In this document: positions 59,730-64,000 of the stretch, one piece after another
How the letters are laid out: every line of letters starts with the position of its first letter
Numbering within the stretch: the first letter of the stretch is position 1
Assembly (NCBI GenBank): GCA_963695875.1
Contig: CAVOID010000011.1
Coordinates: 64,001 to 128,000, forward strand
Source: an uncultured delta proteobacterium
GTDB lineage: Bacteria; Desulfobacterota; Syntrophia; Syntrophales; UBA2185
Reading direction: 5' to 3'
DNA length: 64,000 bases
The notes under the pieces: model-generated
The model's database searches: none
Told to the model about the DNA's origin: nothing
The model's input: the letters and a program-made list of their open reading frames with translations, nothing else
Position numbers and translations under genes: made by a program

Positions 59730-60027
59730 ATTTGATGCCGAGTTTGGCCATTTTTTTCTGGAATGTATTTCTGTTGATTCCGAGGTAATTGGCTGCTGAA
59801 CTTTTCACATTACCGTTACGTTCGAGGGCAATCCGGAAAAGACTCCTTTCAAACATGGCTAATACGTCTTCGTATAATCTGCTTTTTCTTTTTTTTCCAT
59901 CACCGGCCGAACAGAGGAGCGTAGCAATGTCTCTGAGCCTCTTTTCTATAGTCTCTTCAACAATGGAAGACGGCTTTGCCTGAATTCGTTCATCCACAAC
60001 TATAGATTCTTGTTTTTTGCGTTTCAT
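59713..60027 (-). CDS. Fis-family HTH protein
   Basis: FERSLFRIALERNGNVKSSAANYLGINRNTFQKKM. Confidence 0.8.
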   Translation of the reverse strand: MKRKKQESIVVDERIQAKPSSIVEETIEKRLRDIATLLCSAGDGKKRKSRLYEDVLAMFERSLFRIALERNGNVKSSAANYLGINRNTFQKKMAKLGIKCENKK

Positions 60028-60070
60028 AATAGCCGGGAACCCTTTCTTGATGCTTTATTGTGAAGAGTGC

Positions 60071-60589
60071 TTAAGAGGAAAACAATTTAATAGCTATAAT
60101 TCCTGCGAGGACTAATGCTGTAAACCATGTCATGACGATATCTGATATATTTTTTACAGGATGTTCAATCTGTTTCCTGACTTCTTCTTCCACTTTTTCC
60201 TTGTCCATGTGGTCGGCAACATCCCGGACCAGAGTGGAGAATTTTTCATATGCATTAGAAATGATATAGAATCCCTTTACTGTAGTCAACAGGAGATATA
60301 CTCTTTTTCGGAGGATCAAAGCGCCGACATGTGTGATATCTTCCCAGCGGAGTTCCTTATTTCGCAGGAATTTCCTGATCATAATGCCCTGATCTCCCGT
60401 TAGCACCTTCCGGGACAGGGATTCAAAAAAAACACAAAGAACAGGTATAAAAATGACGGAGAGCGCGATCTTTTCTAAATTAGAACTTCTCAGGTAGAAA
60501 GAAAGTAGAAGAAGAAAAAAAAGAAGAATAAAATCAATAGAAAAAGAAAATAAAAACGATCTTCTAATCTTATAAATGTTTTGATACAT
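60071..60589 (-). CDS. Membrane protein with bacterial PH-like domain
   Basis: Two TM helices, GIMIRKFLRNKELRWEDI, C-terminal TM. Confidence 0.6.
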   Translation of the reverse strand: MYQNIYKIRRSFLFSFSIDFILLFFLLLLSFYLRSSNLEKIALSVIFIPVLCVFFESLSRKVLTGDQGIMIRKFLRNKELRWEDITHVGALILRKRVYLLLTTVKGFYIISNAYEKFSTLVRDVADHMDKEKVEEEVRKQIEHPVKNISDIVMTWFTALVLAGIIAIKLFSS

Positions 60590-60634
60590 GTTATGCTTTA
60601 AAGGCAGTGTAATACTAACCTGCCAGCCTCTCAT

Positions 60635-61114
60635 TCATACATCTCTGACAAAGGAACCGCTTTTACCGCCATGCTTTGAGATTAATTTGATGTCGGTAAG
60701 TACGATTTTTTTATCTGCAGATTTACACATATCGTAAATTGTCAGGGCTGCCACACTGACAGCCGTCATAGCCTCCATCTCCACGCCAGTTCTGCCCACA
60801 TTTTTCACTCTTGCTTCAATGGTAATTTCACCCAGATCTGCATTACTTGTAAAGGCGATGTCAACACCGGTCAGTTCTAAAGGATGGCACATAGGAATCA
60901 TTTCGCTTGTCTTCTTGGCTGCCATGATTCCTGCAATCTTTGCGACACCGAAAACATCACCCTTGGGTATTTCTCCCTTCTCGATGAGAGACAATGTATC
61001 CCGGCTCATCAGAACCTTCCCCTGTGCAACCGCTTCCCTTGAGGATGCCTTCTTTGCCGTCACATCAACCATCCTGGCCTTGCCCTTTTCATCAATGTGG
61101 GAAAATTTGGTCAT
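60635..61114 (-). CDS. moaC: Cyclic pyranopterin monophosphate synthase MoaC
   Basis: ARMVDV, IPMCHPL, TGVEMEAM, IYDMCK, KHGGKSG. Confidence 0.96.
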   Translation of the reverse strand: MTKFSHIDEKGKARMVDVTAKKASSREAVAQGKVLMSRDTLSLIEKGEIPKGDVFGVAKIAGIMAAKKTSEMIPMCHPLELTGVDIAFTSNADLGEITIEARVKNVGRTGVEMEAMTAVSVAALTIYDMCKSADKKIVLTDIKLISKHGGKSGSFVRDV

Positions 61115-61280
61115 GCGTACTCCTGAACCAGGTCGTGAGAAATTATGCCGAAATTAGCATAGCCCCTTTCCTTAAGTCAAGAACGTTAAACAAAACTTTT
61201 AGGAAAGAAATTCCTTGCTATAAGAAGACTTATTTTATAGTATTTTCGCCCACTCACAGAAAATATCCTTTTCCATTACT

Positions 61281-61465
61281 TTAACAGGTTGTTGAAAAAC
61301 ACCTGTTTAAAAGCTGTTCAAAAATGCTTAGATGTAAGGCGCGCGGAAAACCGAATCACGAGGCGTATATAGATAGAAATACGGTGAGTGATAAGGTTTT
61401 GTGGCGCAACGCAGCAGACGCCGTCCCCGCAAAGGCGGGGATCAGCGTTTTTCAACAGCTGCTAA
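61281..61465. mobile_element. MITE-like non-autonomous element
   Basis: Terminal IR ttaacaggttgttgaaaaac / gtttttcaacagctgctaa around ~145 bp of non-coding sequence. Confidence 0.6.
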
Positions 61466-61486
61466 GAAAGTTTTCAGGAGCACTGT

Positions 61487-63016
61487 TTGATTGTAAAGAC
61501 AATAAGCAGCACTGTGATCGGCATAGATTCGTATCCAGTTGATGTGGAAGTGGATATCTCACCGGGCCTTCCTCAATTTTCTATAGTAGGACTCCCTGAT
61601 ACCGCAGTCAAGGAAAGTAAAGACAGGATCAAGGCTGCGATAAAAAATTCCGGCTACAGATTCCCCAGGAACCACGTTACCGTAAATCTGGCGCCTGCCG
61701 ACATTAAAAAAGAAGGTACCGGCTTTGATCTTCCCATTGCGGTAAGTATTTTGACAGGAGAAGCCTGTATTGAGGCAGAAGACCTTCTTGATTACACATT
61801 CATCGGAGAATTGTCTTTGGATGGAAGCGTCAAGGGAGTTGATGGTGTCCTTTCAGCCGCCCTTCTGGCAAACGAAATGGGGAGAAAAGGTATCATTATG
61901 GCAAGAGAAAATGCCGCTGAAGCGGCCATGGTGGAGTTTATCAGTGTCATACCTGTCGATACCCTTTCCGATGTAGTCGAATTTCTTAATGGCAGGAAGG
62001 CGATAGAGCCGTTAACGCTTGATGTAGCTGACATATTCGACAAATGTCTAAAATATCCTTTTGACTTCAGCGAAATTCGAGGACAGGAACATGCAAAAAG
62101 AGCCTTAGAAGTTGCCGCAGCCGGAGGCCATAATATTATCATGATCGGTCCTCCGGGTTCGGGGAAGACAATGCTTGCCCAGCGACTCTCGACTATACTT
62201 CCCGAAATGACTTTCACCGAAGCAATAGATGTTACGAAGATATTTTCCGTGGCCGGGCTGTTCAATAAAAGGGGCACCATTCTAGGGACAAGGCCGTTTC
62301 GGTCTCCTCACCATACGATTTCAGATGCCGGGCTTGTGGGAGGAGGTCACACCCCCAGACCGGGGGAAATCAGCCTTGCTCATCATGGGGTGTTGTTCCT
62401 CGATGAACTGCCGGAATTCAAGAGAAATGCCCTCGAGGCATTAAGACAACCTCTGGAGGATGGACATGTAACAATCACGAGGTCTTCCGTAACAGCCACT
62501 TATCCGTCAAGATTTATGCTCGTGGCGGCAATGAACCCCTGTCCATGCGGCTATTACAGCGACCAGACAAGGGTATGTCGATGTACACCGCAACAGATCC
62601 GACAGTACCAGGCAAGGATATCGGGGCCTCTTTTAGATCGAATAGATATTCACATCGAGGTCCCCTCTGTCAGGTATAAAGATCTCACGGGAAAGTCTTC
62701 CGGTGAATCCTCCGGTGCTATCAAGGAAAGAATAGAACGGGCAAGATTTATACAAAAAAAGAGGCTTGAGGGCCAGGACACGCAATTCAATGCCCGGATG
62801 TCCGACAAGCTGATTAAAGTGTTTTGTGACATCGATGAGGATTCTCAGAAGCTTATTGAGATGGCCATAGAAAAACTTGGGCTCTCAGCCCGGGCCTATA
62901 CCAAGATATTAAAAGTGGCCAGAACCATTGCTGATCTCGAAGAGGAAGATAAAATACTATCCAGCCATGTGGCCGAAGCCATTCAGTATAGAAACCTTGA
63001 TAGAAAGATGATTTGA
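61487..63016 (+). CDS. comM: YifB/ComM Mg-chelatase-like AAA+ ATPase
   Basis: IVGLPD, VNLAPAD, GPPGSGKT, FRSPHH, FLDELPEF, NPCPCG. Confidence 0.92.
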   Translation: MIVKTISSTVIGIDSYPVDVEVDISPGLPQFSIVGLPDTAVKESKDRIKAAIKNSGYRFPRNHVTVNLAPADIKKEGTGFDLPIAVSILTGEACIEAEDLLDYTFIGELSLDGSVKGVDGVLSAALLANEMGRKGIIMARENAAEAAMVEFISVIPVDTLSDVVEFLNGRKAIEPLTLDVADIFDKCLKYPFDFSEIRGQEHAKRALEVAAAGGHNIIMIGPPGSGKTMLAQRLSTILPEMTFTEAIDVTKIFSVAGLFNKRGTILGTRPFRSPHHTISDAGLVGGGHTPRPGEISLAHHGVLFLDELPEFKRNALEALRQPLEDGHVTITRSSVTATYPSRFMLVAAMNPCPCGYYSDQTRVCRCTPQQIRQYQARISGPLLDRIDIHIEVPSVRYKDLTGKSSGESSGAIKERIERARFIQKKRLEGQDTQFNARMSDKLIKVFCDIDEDSQKLIEMAIEKLGLSARAYTKILKVARTIADLEEEDKILSSHVAEAIQYRNLDRKMI

Positions 63017-63743
63017 TATAAAAGAGGTGCGTCATATCATGATTGCAAATTCGATAATCTAATTAAAACTAAACAGTTTTAAAGAAATAATTCTCTGATA
63101 CTATGACAAACATAGCATGACGTGTTCGGCATAGACAAAGCCGGGGGATTTTGAGTTTTATCCGATCCAAAATTCATGATAAATAGGAATAGCTTTCCCT
63201 ATTTATCAGTCTTTAATTTCAATGAAAGGATGACGCCTCTGCCGCTGAAGTCCCCGTATAGCGGCGTGAAATCTATATCATGGGTATCTTCACCAATTCG
63301 GTAATCTTTAACATATTGAGCCTCTTTATTTTCATACTTTCGTCAACAATTTTTGTTAAGCTGCCCTTGAAATAGTCAGAAAATTCATAGCCGATGGTAA
63401 TATTCTTGCTTCTGAGCCATTGTTTTCGCTAATTCTGCCATGGTTTCACTCTCCATTATCGTATCCTTAAATGTCTTCAAGTTTGTCTGTGAATTTTATT
63501 TTCAACCAGATCTTCAGAATATCCCGATTGTCGTTTTATCCTCGGACTTCTTAGAGGAGGAAAAGCATATTTATCAGTTCACCATGAAAAATGTGGTCTC
63601 TAAGCCGCGTAAATACTGATAAGTGCTCTTTGAAAAGTTCTATTTGTCGGGAGGAATAACTAAATCAAAAGTTGACTTCTATATATGGAACATATAAGAA
63701 AATACCAATTGTATCTTCCATCCCCTGAACAGGAGGTCGCCCT

Positions 63744-64000
63744 ATGGGAAAGAACCTTAAGAGACTAAATCCGGGTGCGGAGACAAAGCCGACACATGCC
63801 CTTGAGGAGAAATTTCGTTTTCTGGCGGCAATTGTCCAGTCATCTGAAGACGCCGTCATCGGCAAAGATCTCAAAGGCACCATCACAAGCTGGAACCCGG
63901 CTGCGGAAAGAATGTTCGGGTACAGCGAGAGGGAAGCGCTCGGCAGACCCATCTCTATCCTCGGACCACCAGACCGCGTCGACGAGTTCAAAGAGATTAT
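63744..64000 (+). CDS. PAS-domain sensor protein (partial, runs off the window)
   Basis: [44 protein letters not shown]. Confidence 0.8.
   Translation, partial: MGKNLKRLNPGAETKPTHALEEKFRFLAAIVQSSEDAVIGKDLKGTITSWNPAAERMFGYSEREALGRPISILGPPDRVDEFKEI

Noticed and set aside
63200..63590. Possible frameshifted minus-strand hypothetical gene
   Set aside because: Needs several frameshifts to assemble and has no recognisable motif

Overview
Bacterial chromosome segment. Gene content and order (atp operon without the a/c subunits, atypical GlmS-/GlmU-like pair) suggest a Desulfobacterota/Syntrophales-like anaerobe (inference). More than 20 genes, including essential ones, carry 1-nt frameshifts, which points to an unpolished long-read assembly rather than real pseudogenes. 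Core blocks are lon/hsp20, mreBCD-mrdA-rodA, atpF'FHAGDC, greA, moaA, smc, pyrG, moaC and comM. An ~18 kb accessory region lies between smc and pyrG and holds the main points of interest. (1) A cassette bracketed by ~50-bp direct repeats encodes three candidate selenoproteins that the ORF track misses or splits (OsmC-like, secreted HMA-like CxU, CYCXC-type UxxC), each with an in-frame TGA followed by a SECIS-like hairpin. (2) A nhaA-I (Li+)-like riboswitch precedes a CBS + NhaD/ArsB transporter. (3) A 2.16-kb element encodes two tyrosine recombinases and has bipartite inverted ends. (4) An IS621-like IS110 element has a ~176-nt bridge RNA whose guides can be read directly and match its own donor junction and insertion site. 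Both mobile elements occupy copies of the same TTGTAGGTG motif, and a third, empty copy lies nearby.
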